From the NCBI GenBank assembly GCA_021785125.1, contig JAJYGF010000015.1, positions 17,482 through 81,481 on the forward strand: a stretch of 64,000 bases of DNA, given 5' to 3'. Made by a program: the position numbers and the translations under genes. The notes below the pieces were generated by a model. It saw only the letters and a list, made by a program, of their open reading frames with translations. It searched no databases and was not told where the DNA came from. Of this stretch, positions 26,908 to 36,153 are shown in pieces; position 1 is the first letter of the stretch, and every line of letters begins with the position of its first letter. The DNA is from a bacterium. Its GTDB lineage: Bacteria > Patescibacteriota > Minisyncoccia > Moranbacterales > UBA2206.

Positions 26908-28050
26908 ATGGCTGTAAAAAAACGCAAAAAAAGAGTGATTGTCGGCATGTCGAGCGGAGTGGATTCTTCGGTAGCCGCCGCGCTCTTGAAAGAACAGGGC
27001 TATGATGTCGCGGGAGTTTTTATGCATTTTTGGAAAGAGCCGACCCAGAATAGCTTGGTTGAAAATAAGTGCTGTTCTTTGGAATCACTGGAGGACGCCC
27101 GCAAAGTCTGTCGCATTTTGGACATTCCGCTTTATACGGCGAATGCGGAAAAAGAATTCAAGCGCGAAGTCGTGGATTATTTTTTGACAGAATATGCGGC
27201 CGGCCGCACGCCCAATCCGTGCGTGGCTTGCAATGAGCACATCAAATTCAACGTGCTTTTCAAGAAGATGCTGGAGATGGACGGAGATTACGTTGCTTCT
27301 GGCCACTATGCCCAGAAGCAACAATTTCCAATTTCCAATTTCCAATTTCCAAACAAATCCCAATTTTCAAATTTCAAAAACGAAAAATATATTTATAAAC
27401 TTTATCAGGGAGTTGATAAAGACAAGGATCAATCATATTTCTTGTATAATTTCAGTCAAAAGCAGCTATCAAAAATATTATTTCCGGTCGGCGGATATGA
27501 AAAAAAAGAAATAAGAAAGATTGCGGAAAAATTGAAGCTGCCCGTTTTCAATAAAGATGATTCTCAGGGACTTTGCTTCACGCCGGAAAAATATCCGGAA
27601 AATTTCCTGCGCCGCAATCTGAAACTCAAAAAGGGAGAGATAATCAACACGCAGGGCAAGGTGGTGGGCGAGCATGAGGGCTTGCCGCTCTATACGATCG
27701 GTCAAAGGCGTGGCATCAACATCGGCGGCGACGGACCGTATTATGTGGTGGATAAGGACATTAAAAAAAACATCCTGGTCGTGACGAATGATGAGAAAGA
27801 TCCGGCCTTGGTCAGAAAAGACATGGAGGTGGAAAAAGTGAATTGGATCGTGGCAGAGCCGGCATTACCTTGTAAGGTCTTGATCAAAAATCGATATCGC
27901 CATCCGGCTGTTTCTGCTATAATTAAGAGTGTCAAAGCCGGTATTTATGAGGTTGAATTTGAAGAACCGCAGCGAGCTATCTCACCCGGCCAATCCGCGG
28001 TTTTCTATACCGAAGAAGGCGAGATGATCGGGGGAGGAAGGATAGTATAA
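26908..28050 (+). CDS. mnmA: tRNA-specific 2-thiouridylase MnmA
   Basis: VIVGMSSGVDSSVAA PP-loop, CCSLE, DKDQSYFL; carries an unusual (AATTTCC)4-encoded insertion. Confidence 0.9.
   Translation: MAVKKRKKRVIVGMSSGVDSSVAAALLKEQGYDVAGVFMHFWKEPTQNSLVENKCCSLESLEDARKVCRILDIPLYTANAEKEFKREVVDYFLTEYAAGRTPNPCVACNEHIKFNVLFKKMLEMDGDYVASGHYAQKQQFPISNFQFPNKSQFSNFKNEKYIYKLYQGVDKDKDQSYFLYNFSQKQLSKILFPVGGYEKKEIRKIAEKLKLPVFNKDDSQGLCFTPEKYPENFLRRNLKLKKGEIINTQGKVVGEHEGLPLYTIGQRRGINIGGDGPYYVVDKDIKKNILVVTNDEKDPALVRKDMEVEKVNWIVAEPALPCKVLIKNRYRHPAVSAIIKSVKAGIYEVEFEEPQRAISPGQSAVFYTEEGEMIGGGRIV
27323..27350 (+). repeat. (AATTTCC)x4 heptanucleotide tandem repeat inside mnmA coding sequence
   Basis: read directly; encodes FPISNFQFP insertion. 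Confidence 0.9.
28018..28044 (+). repeat. 27-bp direct repeat copy 1 (GGCGAGATGATCGGGGGAGGAAGGATA) = 3' end of mnmA
   Basis: 26/27 identical to copy at 29554-29580. Confidence 0.85.
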
Positions 28051-28185
28051 TATAAAATATTAAATTTTAGCTTAAATAAAGCAAATTATAGCGAATTTCT
28101 GAATGTATTATACTGGCATTGTAATATTTAATGGAATATATTATAATGACAATGTAAACAAGTGTAAATCATTAGACTCAGCAAA

Positions 28186-29502
28186 ATGATAAATGCCAAT
28201 TTATTAAAAGAAATCATTACTGAACAACGAGGATTGTTTTCGAATACCGTCGGCTCTATTGATCGGGATATTTTGCATACTGAAAATTTTTCCAAAATTT
28301 GTCGTCTGAAAGAAGCGGTAATTGTTACTGGTATCAGGCGAAGCGGGAAATCATATCTTTTGAGGCTTGTTTGGGAAAAAATAAAAAAAGAAGAAAAGGC
28401 AGTTGAAAATAATTTTTTGTATTTTAATTTTGAAGACGAGAAACTCCTTCGGTTTCGAGCTGATGATTTTGATTTGATGATGGAAAGTTATTTTGAATTG
28501 TTTGATGTAAGGAGAGATAAAAAAGTCTATTTGTTTTTTGATGAGATTCAGAATATTCCTGGATGGGAAAAGTTTATTAATCGCTTATTAGAAAAAGATG
28601 AATATAAGATATTTATTACCGGCTCAAACGCAACCTTGCTTTCGAAAGAAATAAGTAGTTCGCTTACGGGGAGGAATTATTCGATAATCGTATATCCGCT
28701 GTCTTTTAGGGAATTTGCGCGCTATAAACTTGGCAGAGAATTGAAATCTGCGGAAATGCACGAACAAAAGAGCAGGATCGCTGTGAAAAAAGTTTTTAAG
28801 GAATATGTTGATAATGGAGGCTTCCCGGAAATAGCCATCAATAATTTTCGTCCTCTTCTTCAAGAATATTTGAAAAATATAATTTATCGGGATATAGTTC
28901 TGCGCTATAAAATAAAAAATGAAGCAAATCTGCGGGAAATTTCCGCATTTATCATTTCCAATATTGGAACAATATTGAGTCTTGAAAAAATACGCAAAAT
29001 GACAAAGGTGAGAAATTTGATGACAATCAAAAATTATCTTTCTCATCTCGAAGACTCATTTCTATTTTTTCTCGTGCCTAAACACAGCTATTCTATTAAA
29101 AAGCAGATATACAATCCGGATAAAATATATGTTATTGATACGGGAATGTATAATGAAGTGGCATTTCTAAATAGCCCCAATGACGGGCGCCTGTTAGAAA
29201 ATCTGGTTTTTCTAGAACTTCGGCGGTTAAATAGGGGCGTATATTATTTTGAAGATAAAAAAGAATGCGATTTTGTTATCCAAGAGAAAAATAAAATAAA
29301 GCAAGCTATTCAAGTTTCCAAATTGTTGTCGGTTGAAAATAAAGAAAGAGAGATTGCGGGATTGGTTGAGGCTATGGAGAAATATAGTTTGGAAGAAGGA
29401 CTTATCTTAACGGAAGACGGAGAGGATGATATAAAAGTTGGGGATAAAAAGATTCTAGTCAGGCCAATATATAAATGGCTCTTATTCGGTTTGGAAAAAT
29501 AA
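28186..29502 (+). CDS. AAA+ ATPase of the COG1373 / DUF4143 family
   Basis: GIRRSGKSYLL Walker A variant and LFFDEIQ Walker B typical of COG1373; 438 aa. Confidence 0.8.
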   Translation: MINANLLKEIITEQRGLFSNTVGSIDRDILHTENFSKICRLKEAVIVTGIRRSGKSYLLRLVWEKIKKEEKAVENNFLYFNFEDEKLLRFRADDFDLMMESYFELFDVRRDKKVYLFFDEIQNIPGWEKFINRLLEKDEYKIFITGSNATLLSKEISSSLTGRNYSIIVYPLSFREFARYKLGRELKSAEMHEQKSRIAVKKVFKEYVDNGGFPEIAINNFRPLLQEYLKNIIYRDIVLRYKIKNEANLREISAFIISNIGTILSLEKIRKMTKVRNLMTIKNYLSHLEDSFLFFLVPKHSYSIKKQIYNPDKIYVIDTGMYNEVAFLNSPNDGRLLENLVFLELRRLNRGVYYFEDKKECDFVIQEKNKIKQAIQVSKLLSVENKEREIAGLVEAMEKYSLEEGLILTEDGEDDIKVGDKKILVRPIYKWLLFGLEK

Positions 29503-29553
29503 CCGTAAAAGGCAATCTCGCCCGGCTAATCAGCAGTTTTCTACATGAAAAGC

Positions 29554-29580
29554 GGCGAGATGATCGGGGGAGGGAGGATA
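29554..29580 (+). repeat. 27-bp direct repeat copy 2; encodes remnant MnmA C-terminus (..SGEMIGGGRIK*)
   Basis: GGCGAGATGATCGGGGGAGGGAGGATA; frame gives GEMIGGGRIK vs authentic GEMIGGGRIV. Confidence 0.85.
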
Positions 29581-29590
29581 AAATAAAAAT

Positions 29591-30232
29591 TATGAAAGAT
29601 GATATAAAAATTCAAGCTGACAAGATTGAGCAGGTATATAAAGAATATTCTGACAAGATGGCAGAGTTAACAAAGGAACCGATGAAGAAAAAAATAATTT
29701 GCGTAAATTATTTGAAAGCCAATTTCTTTCATATTCTGATAATGCAAAGCATATTGCTTTAGAAAATTATGATTTTCTGGAACGGGCTATGGAAAACGCT
29801 GATGATTTAGCACGAGCCAAGAATATGAATGAAAAAGAAAGGGCGAAAATACTTTCTGACATAAGGAAGTATACGTATCCGGCAGAAAAAGCCCTACGTC
29901 AGGAGCAGATGTTTTATAAAAAGCCAAAACAAGTCATCACAAGCGAAGAATATTGGAAAATTTATTTCTCTCAACATCCAGCAAAGAAGCCTAATAAAAT
30001 AATTTATTATGAAGGAAGTGACCCAACAGCTGCTTTGAATGAATGGCAAGAGAAGAATGGCATCAAAAGGTTTTCTAAAAATAATGAAAGTTTCCATCTA
30101 GGGTTTGAGGAAAGGAGAATGGAAGAAAAAGGCAAAATTCCTGAATCTGTAAACAAATATCGGAATAGATTTAGGAGTTTGGCTGGAAAAGTCGTAGAAG
30201 ATTATTATGAAAATAAAAGTGTAGCAGTTTAA
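29591..30232 (+). CDS. hypothetical protein, apparent frameshift in A7 run (29688-29694); alternatively TTG start at 29699
   Basis: ORFs 29475..29762 and 29699..30232 overlap in different frames around AAAAAAA. Confidence 0.4.
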
Positions 30233-30253
30233 TTTTTTATTTTTATTAAAACT

Positions 30254-30532
30254 ATGATCAAAGTCGAAGGGCGCAATCTTTGGCGCGGGGGAACAAAAAT
30301 AGGATATGTCGGGCATGACTATATTCTCGACCATGCCGGCGAAAAGGTCGGTTTCTTTGCTGGCAATCATATCATGGACCGTACCGGCCACAAAATCGCC
30401 GAAATTTCCGGCGATTATATCTTAGTGTATGGAGGCCAGAAAATCAGGATTGAGGACAATAACCGTGACGTGATCGACGGCGAACTTTCGAATGTCGAAA
30501 GGGCAGCGGTCAGACTTACATTGGGTGAATAA
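30254..30532 (+). CDS. small protein built of ~16-aa tandem repeats (hGxhxGxHIhDxxGxK)
   Basis: IGYVGHDYILDHAGEK / VGFFAGNHIMDRTGHK / IAEISGDYILVYGGQK. Confidence 0.5.
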   Translation: MIKVEGRNLWRGGTKIGYVGHDYILDHAGEKVGFFAGNHIMDRTGHKIAEISGDYILVYGGQKIRIEDNNRDVIDGELSNVERAAVRLTLGE

Positions 30533-30540
30533 ACAAATAA

Positions 30541-31599
30541 ATGGGAAACAAAATTTTTCTCGGATTACTAGTTTTTATTCCGATCACACTGATCTCGCAT
30601 TATATGAATGCTTCGCCGATGCTGACTTTTTTTCTTTCGGCATTGGCGATCGTGCCGTTGGCGCGCTACATCGGCGAAGCCACGGAAGTCTTGTCGGAAT
30701 ACACCGGGCCGGCTTTGGGCGGACTTCTTAATGCGACGTTCGGCAACGCGACCGAACTCATCATAGGCATTTTTGCTATCCGTGCCGGACTGGTCGAAGT
30801 GGTGAAAGCATCGATCACCGGATCAATAATCGGAAATCTCCTCCTGGTTCTCGGCATGGCTATGTTCTTCGGCGGGATGAAGCATAAGAAACAGGAATTC
30901 AACAAGACCGCGGCGATGGCCAGCTCTTCAACATTGCTCCTGGCGGTGGCGGCACTGGTCATGCCGGCCGTTTTCAGACTCACCTCGCCGGCCATTGGTT
31001 CGCAAATCATCGAGGAATTAAGCGTGTTTGTGGCAGTCATCATGATGATAATTTATTTCTCCAGCCTGTGGTTCATGCTTTATACGCACAAGCATCTGTA
31101 TGCCGAAGAAGTTGGAGAAATCGAAGAAAAGGAAGCCAAATGGAGCAAGGCCAAAACACTTTCAGTCCTGTTAGTTGCGACGGTCGCCGTCGCCTGGATG
31201 AGTGAAATTCTGGTCGGATCCATTGAGCCGCTTGTGACGAGTTTCGGCTGGACGGAACTTTTCATCGGTGTGATTTTCGTGGCGGTTGTCGGAAACGCGG
31301 CCGAGCACACCTCAGCCCTTATCATGGCCAGAAAAAACAGGATGGATCTGACGCTCCAGATCTCGATCGGCAGCGGCACGCAGATCGTCATGTTTGTGGC
31401 TCCTTTTTTGGTGCTTATCAGCTTGCTTTTCAAAGAACAGATGAGCTTGATTTTCAACAGCTTTGAATTGGCGGCTATCGTTCTGGCGGTCATGATAGCC
31501 AATCTTGTCGTCGAAGACGGGGAAAGCAATTGGTTCGAGGGCCTGCAGCTTATGATGGCCTATGCCATAATGGGCGTCGCTTTCTTCTTTCATCCTTAA
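30541..31599 (+). CDS. Ca2+/H+ antiporter (CaCA family, ChaA/CAX-like)
   Basis: GNATELIIGIFA and GNAAEHTSAL alpha-repeat motifs, 11 TM. Confidence 0.85.
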   Translation: MGNKIFLGLLVFIPITLISHYMNASPMLTFFLSALAIVPLARYIGEATEVLSEYTGPALGGLLNATFGNATELIIGIFAIRAGLVEVVKASITGSIIGNLLLVLGMAMFFGGMKHKKQEFNKTAAMASSSTLLLAVAALVMPAVFRLTSPAIGSQIIEELSVFVAVIMMIIYFSSLWFMLYTHKHLYAEEVGEIEEKEAKWSKAKTLSVLLVATVAVAWMSEILVGSIEPLVTSFGWTELFIGVIFVAVVGNAAEHTSALIMARKNRMDLTLQISIGSGTQIVMFVAPFLVLISLLFKEQMSLIFNSFELAAIVLAVMIANLVVEDGESNWFEGLQLMMAYAIMGVAFFFHP

Positions 31600-31616
31600 T
31601 AAACCAAATAATATCT

Positions 31617-31892
31617 ATGGACGAATTTAATCAAAACACGGGACAGGATCAGGACAATCATCGCAAAAAAAATGATCTCCAGCGCGAGATAATCATGTCA
31701 GAAGGAGATTTGCACAAAATTTCCAATGAAAAGATTGCGATCGAGGCGGAAATCCGGCGGCTGAAAAAAGAAAGCGACCAAATAAAAATAAATATGCAGC
31801 AACATCAGGAGAGGTTGAAAAAATTAGACCAGGATATTATGATGAAAGAATCGGAGATAGCCCATCTCAAGAAGCAATTAAATCTGCTGTAA
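31617..31892 (+). CDS. coiled-coil hypothetical protein
   Basis: 91 aa; ATG 31617 chosen (ORF track start 31530 overlaps chaA). Confidence 0.4.
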   Translation: MDEFNQNTGQDQDNHRKKNDLQREIIMSEGDLHKISNEKIAIEAEIRRLKKESDQIKINMQQHQERLKKLDQDIMMKESEIAHLKKQLNLL

Positions 31893-31911
31893 TCATTATC
31901 GCAAAAAATAT

Positions 31912-32133
31912 ATGCCGGCGTATAAATTCAAAGAAACCGTGGAAGAAATCGCGATCGAAAGAGATTTGCATCTTGTCGAATCGCAAAACAGGCTGATCTG
32001 GGAAATTGCGAAAAGTCTGGAAAGCAGAAAAATCAACGCGGAAGGGGCGGTTGAAATGTTGAAAGCTAATAAAGATTTTCGCTTGCATTTCAAATTTGAC
32101 GATTTTGAAAAAATCAGGCGGGCGACTGAATAA
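31912..32133 (+). CDS. hypothetical small protein
   Basis: 73 aa ORF directly upstream of alaS. Confidence 0.35.
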   Translation: MPAYKFKETVEEIAIERDLHLVESQNRLIWEIAKSLESRKINAEGAVEMLKANKDFRLHFKFDDFEKIRRATE

Positions 32134-32138
32134 CCATT

Positions 32139-33992
32139 ATGACAGCACAAGAATTACGGGAAAAATATCTGAAATTTTTTGAATCCAAGGGGCACACCAT
32201 CATCCCTTCGGCTTCTTTGGTGCCGCGCGAAACCGACGCATCCGTGCTTTTCACGACCGCCGGCATGCATCCATTGGTGCCGTATCTTCTGGGCGAAGAG
32301 CATCCGGGCGGCAAACGCGTGGCCAATGTCCAAAAATGCGTCCGGACCGGCGACATTGATGATGTTGGCGACAATCGACATCTGACTTTTTTCGAAATGA
32401 TGGGCAATTGGAGCTTCGGAGATTATTTCAAAAAAGAAGCCATCGAATGGAGCTTTGAATTTCTTACCGATCCGAAATGGCTGGGGCTGGATAAGAACAG
32501 ATTGTATGTGACGGTTTTCAAGGGCGAGGGAAATATCCCGCGCGATGAAACGGCGATTGAAATTTGGAAAGAAGTTTTTACCAAATCCGGCATGGACGTG
32601 GCGGTGGCCGGAGAAGATGAAATCATTAAAGACAACGTGCGCATCATTCCGCTTGGGACGGACGATAATTTTTGGATTGCCGGCGCGACCGGACCATGCG
32701 GAGGCGATACTGAAATGTTTTATGATACGCGACCCGAAGAGGGAGTTGTTGAGGGAAAATTTTCTGATTTGGTGGATTCTTTCCGATTGATCGAAATCTG
32801 GAATGACGTGTTCATGGAATTTGAAAAGAAAGCGGATGGATCAGTGGAAAAACTTTCTCAGCAGAACGTGGACACGGGAATGGGAGTGGAAAGAACATTG
32901 GCTGTGCTCAATGGCAAAGAAAATGTTTTTGAAACGGAATTATTTCAGCCGATTTTTGTCAAAATCGAAGAATTATCAGGAAAGAAATATGACGATTATA
33001 AAAAAGAGTTTAGGATAATTGCTGATCACATAAAAGCAGCAACTTTTATGATTGCTGATGGTGTGACGCCGCTCAATGTTGGGCGAGGGTATGTTCTTAG
33101 ACGATTAATACGAAGGGCGATAAGGTATGCATATAGTATAGATTTAAAAGAGGGTGGTTTTAGCTGGGGTCTTTCAAGAGTTGTTATAGAAATGTATGGA
33201 AATTTTTACACTGGATTGAAAGAGAAAGAAAATGATATCCGTGCTGTCTTGTTTGAGGAAGAGGAAAAATTTAGGCAAACTTTAGAAAATGGCTTGAGAG
33301 AGCTGGATAAGGCTATAGAAGAGTATCGGATAAGGTGGGAAGATTCAGAAGTATTTGGTGGATTTAAAGTAATGCCAGGAAATATTGTGTTTAAGCTATT
33401 TTCCACTTATGGATTCCCTATTGAATTAATAAAAGAAATAGCTGACGAGAAAAAAATATTTATTGATGAGGAAGGATTTAAGGGGGAATTCAAAAAGCAT
33501 CAAGATCTTTCCCGCACCGCTTCGGCCGGTGCGTTCAAAGGTGGCTTGCAGGGAACAGGCGAGATGGAAACCAAATACCACACCGCAACTCATCTTTTGC
33601 TGGCCGCGCTGCGTGAAATTTTGGGACCGGAAACATATCAGAAAGGGTCAAATATTACGGCCGAGAGGATGCGTTTTGATTTCAATTATCCGGCCAAACT
33701 CACGCCGGAACAATTGAAGCAGATTGAAGATCTGGTTAATCAAAAAATACAGGAAAATATTCCGGTGGAAATGAGAGAAATGCCGAAAGATGAGGCGCTC
33801 AAATCAGTGAAAGTTTCCTTTGATCCGTCCAGATATCCGGATGTGGTCAAAGTTTATTCCATCGGCGATTTCAGCGTGGAAGTCTGCGGCGGCCCGCACA
33901 TCCAAAACACCGGCGAGCTCGGTAGCTTTAGGATAACCAAAGAAGAGGCATCTTCCGCGGGAGTGAGAAGAATAAAGGCAATACTTGAATAA
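32139..33992 (+). CDS. alaS: alanine--tRNA ligase (short form lacking C-Ala domain)
   Basis: class II catalytic core FTTAGMHPLVPY, editing-domain HTATHLL; only 617 aa. Confidence 0.9.
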   Translation: MTAQELREKYLKFFESKGHTIIPSASLVPRETDASVLFTTAGMHPLVPYLLGEEHPGGKRVANVQKCVRTGDIDDVGDNRHLTFFEMMGNWSFGDYFKKEAIEWSFEFLTDPKWLGLDKNRLYVTVFKGEGNIPRDETAIEIWKEVFTKSGMDVAVAGEDEIIKDNVRIIPLGTDDNFWIAGATGPCGGDTEMFYDTRPEEGVVEGKFSDLVDSFRLIEIWNDVFMEFEKKADGSVEKLSQQNVDTGMGVERTLAVLNGKENVFETELFQPIFVKIEELSGKKYDDYKKEFRIIADHIKAATFMIADGVTPLNVGRGYVLRRLIRRAIRYAYSIDLKEGGFSWGLSRVVIEMYGNFYTGLKEKENDIRAVLFEEEEKFRQTLENGLRELDKAIEEYRIRWEDSEVFGGFKVMPGNIVFKLFSTYGFPIELIKEIADEKKIFIDEEGFKGEFKKHQDLSRTASAGAFKGGLQGTGEMETKYHTATHLLLAALREILGPETYQKGSNITAERMRFDFNYPAKLTPEQLKQIEDLVNQKIQENIPVEMREMPKDEALKSVKVSFDPSRYPDVVKVYSIGDFSVEVCGGPHIQNTGELGSFRITKEEASSAGVRRIKAILE

Positions 33993-34480
33993 TGGAAGAG
34001 TCTCTTGAAATAATCAAAAAATTCTACGATAAGCTTCCGCATTTTCCGGACGGGCGGATCAATTACGCTGATTCGGATTCCGCTCCGGTTTTGAACGTTT
34101 TCGTGAAATGCGACCGGGAAATCCTGCTTTTGAAAAGAAGCGATAAGGTTGGAAATTATAAAGGTTATTGGAATACCGTCGCCGGATATTTGGATGAGTT
34201 GAAACCGATCGGAGAAAAAGCCCTGGAAGAATTCCAAGAAGAGCTCGGATTGCCCAAAAGCATGATTTCAAATATGCGGTTGGGCGGCCATCATAAATAT
34301 TTTGACGAAGCCATCAGCAAGACCTGGATAATCTTTCCGGTCATGATCGAGCTCAAAGAGAAGCCGGAAATAAAACTTGATTGGGAACACGATGAATATA
34401 AATGGATTTTGCCCGACGAATTGAAAAATTTCCAAATCGTTACCGGCTTGGATATCGGATTAGGCAAGGTTTTGCAATGA
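33992..34480 (+). CDS. NUDIX-family hydrolase (tentative)
   Basis: GYLDELKPIGEKALEEFQEELGL approximates Nudix box; 162 aa. Confidence 0.5.
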   Translation: MEESLEIIKKFYDKLPHFPDGRINYADSDSAPVLNVFVKCDREILLLKRSDKVGNYKGYWNTVAGYLDELKPIGEKALEEFQEELGLPKSMISNMRLGGHHKYFDEAISKTWIIFPVMIELKEKPEIKLDWEHDEYKWILPDELKNFQIVTGLDIGLGKVLQ

Positions 34481-34552
34481 AATGAAAGAAGCTTTTCGAA
34501 AAACAGCAGATGTTCAAAATTTTTTGAGAATTGCAATATTTACGGTAACTTT

Positions 34553-34636
34553 ATGGAAAAATACGACGTCATTATCGTAGGGACCGGACCGGCCGGATCC
34601 ACTTTGTCCATGGCGGGACAACAAGACCTTCCTTGA
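34553..34636 (+). pseudogene. 27-codon remnant of an FAD-dependent oxidoreductase (geranylgeranyl reductase-like) N-terminus
   Basis: MEKYDVIIVGTGPAGSTLSMAGQQDLP* = Rossmann GxGxxG N-terminus truncated by stop; followed by terminator. Confidence 0.45.
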
Positions 34637-34681
34637 TGTCAAAAATAAGTTCAATCCGTTCGCATAGTTTGGTTGCGGACC

Positions 34682-34710
34682 AAGCGCCGGTCATTCAGCC
34701 GGCGCTTTTG
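34682..34710 (+). terminator. intrinsic terminator AAGCGCCGG-TCATTCA-GCCGGCGCTT + TTTG
   Basis: read directly. Confidence 0.55.
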
Positions 34711-34762
34711 CTATCAAAGCCGTTTTATTTTATAATATCGATAGTTAAACAAAAACAAGCTT

Positions 34763-36031
34763 GTGGGAATTTTTTCCAAAATTTTAGGCACGCGCGGCAT
34801 ATCTTCCGATCATATCCTTTCTCTTGATATCGGAACCGAAGTGGTGAAAGCTTTGGTTTTCAAGATTGACAAGGAAACCGGCAACGGTATTGTTATCGGT
34901 GTCGGGCGAGCCAGGCAGAAATTGGGCGACATGCAGAGCGGCGCGGTTTCCGATATCGCCGGTGTGATTGAAAATTCCAGGCGCGCCATCGCGATGGCCA
35001 AGCAGATGGCGGGAATTAAAAAAGTCGAGAAGGCCATCATCGGAATCGCGGGCGAGCTGGTCAAGGGGACCACGACGACCGTTCACTATGAAAGAATTAA
35101 GCCGGAAATCAGGATCGATTTGCCGGAACTCAAAAATATAATCCAAAAAGTCCAATGGAAAGCTTTTGATCGGATCCGCCAACAGCTGGCTTGGGAGACG
35201 GGACATAGCGAAATTGAAGTGAAGCTCATCAACGCGGCCATCGTGGACGTGCGGATCGACGGTTATCGCGTGACCAATCCGATCGGATTCCAGGGGCGCG
35301 ATGTCTCCATCTCGGTTTTCAACGCGTATGCGCCGATGGTGCATCTGGGCGCGCTGCAATCCATCGCGGAAGAATTGAAACTGGAGCTTTTGAGCATCGC
35401 GGCCGAACCATATGCCGTGGCCAGATCAATGGGCATTGAAGACGTTTTGGATTTCAATGCGGTTTTCATCGATATCGGCGGCGGCACGACAGACATTGCC
35501 GTGGTGAGAAATGGCGGACTGGAAGGTACCAAAATGTTCGCTTTGGGCGGCCGAGCTTTCACGAAAAGGTTGGCCCGGGAACTAGGAATAACATTTGATG
35601 AAGCGGAAGTTTTGAAGATAAAATATGCCGAAGGGAAACTGGGCCGTGATGTTTCAGCAAAAATCGAAAAGATGCTTGAATCAGATTGCGGCGTGTGGTT
35701 GAGCGGAGTCGAGCTGTCCCTGGGAGAGTTTGCCGAGTCCGACACTTTGCCTTCCAGATTTTTTCTGTGCGGAGGAGGCTCCGGTCTGCCGGGAATAAAA
35801 AAAGCGCTGATCAATTCGAAATGGACCAAGAATTTGCCGTTCGCCAAATTGCCGCAAGTAAGCTTTCTGCAACCGAAAGACGTGGTAAATATCTTTGATT
35901 CGACCGGAGATCTGCGGGATCCCCAGGATATTACTCCGATGGGGCTGGCTAATTTGGCATTGGATCTAGCCGGTGAGGAAAAAGTGATGGCCGGCATCTT
36001 GCGCCGCGCGGTAAAAATGATCCAGAAGTAA
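34763..36031 (+). CDS. ftsA: actin-like ATPase, FtsA family (PilM not excluded)
   Basis: LSLDIGTEVVKALVF and FIDIGGGTTDIAV phosphate motifs; C-terminal amphipathic GILRRAVKMIQK; GTG start. Confidence 0.6.
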   Translation: MGIFSKILGTRGISSDHILSLDIGTEVVKALVFKIDKETGNGIVIGVGRARQKLGDMQSGAVSDIAGVIENSRRAIAMAKQMAGIKKVEKAIIGIAGELVKGTTTTVHYERIKPEIRIDLPELKNIIQKVQWKAFDRIRQQLAWETGHSEIEVKLINAAIVDVRIDGYRVTNPIGFQGRDVSISVFNAYAPMVHLGALQSIAEELKLELLSIAAEPYAVARSMGIEDVLDFNAVFIDIGGGTTDIAVVRNGGLEGTKMFALGGRAFTKRLARELGITFDEAEVLKIKYAEGKLGRDVSAKIEKMLESDCGVWLSGVELSLGEFAESDTLPSRFFLCGGGSGLPGIKKALINSKWTKNLPFAKLPQVSFLQPKDVVNIFDSTGDLRDPQDITPMGLANLALDLAGEEKVMAGILRRAVKMIQK

Positions 36032-36153
36032 GTCTGAACCACAGATTATCGCTGATTTTCCTGATTACACTGAATTTTTATAAATAAAATTTTTTATATA
36101 CTAATCATGTGTTATCACGTGTATTCAGGTGATAATCAGTGGTTCTGATATTT

